Shown: one piece after another, positions 63,148 to 64,000 of the stretch | Layout of the letters: every line of letters starts with the position of its first letter | Numbering within the stretch: the first letter of the stretch is position 1 | Origin: Candidatus Fermentibacteraceae bacterium | GTDB taxonomy: Bacteria > Fermentibacterota > Fermentibacteria > Fermentibacterales > JCC-6 | Direction of reading: 5' to 3' | Assembly (NCBI GenBank): GCA_041686025.1 | Contig: JAWLEP010000003.1 | Coordinates: 17,744-81,743, forward strand | DNA: 64,000 bases | Program-made: the position numbers and the translations under genes | The notes under the pieces: generated by a model | What the model was told of the DNA's origin: nothing | Seen by the model: the letters and a program-made list of their open reading frames with translations, nothing else | The model's database searches: none

Positions 63148-64000
63148 ATGGCCAGGGTGGATCGCACCGTAATCGGGATATTCGGCAGGATCAACGCCGG
63201 CAAGAGCACACTGATGAACCTGCTCACCCGGCAGGAGACCTCCATCGTCGACGCGGCTCCGGGAACCACCGCCGACGTCAAGCCCGCCCTGATGGAGATA
63301 CACGCGGTGGGGCCGGTTCGCATACTGGACACCGCCGGCCTGGACGAGGGGTCCGGCCTGGGGGAGAAGAAGCGGCGCAAGACCCTGGCCGCCCTGGAGG
63401 AGGCCGACCTGGCGCTGCTGGTGGTGGACCCGGTGGGGGCCTTCCTCTCCGGCGGGCTGCAGGTGGAGCGGAGGGTGGCCTCCATGTGCCGCGCCCGCGG
63501 AGTCCGCCTGGCCGTGGTCTACAACCTGTTCGGGAGCAACCCCCGCCGTCTGGCCGGAAGCTCGGCCACCGGGGAGGAGGCCCTGGAGTACTGCCGGACG
63601 GCCATCCCCGACCGGGCGGCGGTGCCCGAGATCGCCCTGGACCTCTCCGACCCGGCCTCGGCGGAGCCCCTCACCGAGTTCGTGGCCGGCTGCAGGCCGG
63701 AGGGACCCGCTCCCGTGGACCTGCTTCCCTTCCTGGAGACCTCGGGGGCCGTGCTGCTGCACATCCCCCTGGACGAGGAGTCGCCATCCGGCAGGCTGCT
63801 GCGCCCCCAGGAGATGGCCATGGAGTACCTCCTGCGTCTGGGGGTGCCGGTGGGCCTGCACCGGGTGGACCTCAGGCTGGCCAGGAGCCGCTCGGAGCGG
63901 CTCAGCCACCCGCAGAGGAAGAGGTTCCTGTCCATGCTGTCGGCCCTGGAGGAGGCGGAGGGGCTGCAGCTGGTGCTCACCGACTCCCAGGCCATTGACG
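63148..64000 (+). CDS. hydF: [FeFe]-hydrogenase maturation GTPase HydF (N-terminal part; continues past the window end)
   Basis: MARVDRTVIGIFGRINAGKSTLMNLLT (G1), DTAGLDE (G3), then HydF-like downstream segments LLHIPLDEESPSGRLLRPQEM and LVLTDSQAI. Open reading frame to the window end. Absent from the ORF track because there is no stop. Confidence 0.55.
   Translation, partial: MARVDRTVIGIFGRINAGKSTLMNLLTRQETSIVDAAPGTTADVKPALMEIHAVGPVRILDTAGLDEGSGLGEKKRRKTLAALEEADLALLVVDPVGAFLSGGLQVERRVASMCRARGVRLAVVYNLFGSNPRRLAGSSATGEEALEYCRTAIPDRAAVPEIALDLSDPASAEPLTEFVAGCRPEGPAPVDLLPFLETSGAVLLHIPLDEESPSGRLLRPQEMAMEYLLRLGVPVGLHRVDLRLARSRSERLSHPQRKRFLSMLSALEEAEGLQLVLTDSQAID

Overview
A high-GC (~68-70%) bacterial chromosomal window, densely coding with no recognisable mobile elements or CRISPR. 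I call about 57 features. Because third-codon-position GC is extreme, the six-frame track is full of long antisense and out-of-frame ORFs, which I rejected. Housekeeping genes: enolase, rsgA, ornithine carbamoyltransferase, a TPP-riboswitch-controlled thiM-thiE pair, serS, gltX with an adjacent tRNA-Glu(CUC), tRNA-Ser(GCU), a MalY/PatB C-S lyase, an ElbB-like protein, and a partial hydF at the 3' edge. Regulation: a sigma-54-type NtrC-family response regulator immediately followed by a receiver-GAF-HD-GYP response regulator, with no histidine kinase in the window. Envelope and polysaccharide genes: Wzz/Wza export genes, a MurJ-type flippase, and a glycan-biosynthesis island of about 12 kb (five GT4, two GT2, an epimerase with a zinc-ribbon insert, a B12-binding radical SAM, a priming sugar-phosphate transferase, a DegT aminotransferase, DgkA). 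A second GT2 plus a carbamoyltransferase lie at the 5' edge. Least-explained regions, none of which I can name as a known system: (1) a five-gene minus-strand envelope operon with two paralogous Fn3-type lipoproteins flanking a beta-lactamase-fold protein whose catalytic Ser/Lys are replaced, plus an OM beta-barrel and an ~800-aa secreted protein of 12 tandem GDDxY beta-roll-like repeats with C-terminal HEAT repeats; (2) a SagB-type dehydrogenase co-operonic with two secreted SBBP beta-propeller proteins; (3) a co-directional run on the minus strand from 32779 to 21602: STAND ATPase-TPR with a degenerate cyclase-like domain, Tat-exported unknown, HAD hydrolase without a canonical start codon, TtcA/MnmA-like PP-loop ATPase, heterodimeric ABC exporter, PflX-like radical SAM; (4) a 694-aa GreA homologue (TTG start, strong SD, sigma-70-like promoter) translationally coupled to a small Cys-rich zinc-ribbon protein. 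All family calls come from motif recognition by eye; no database searches were run.
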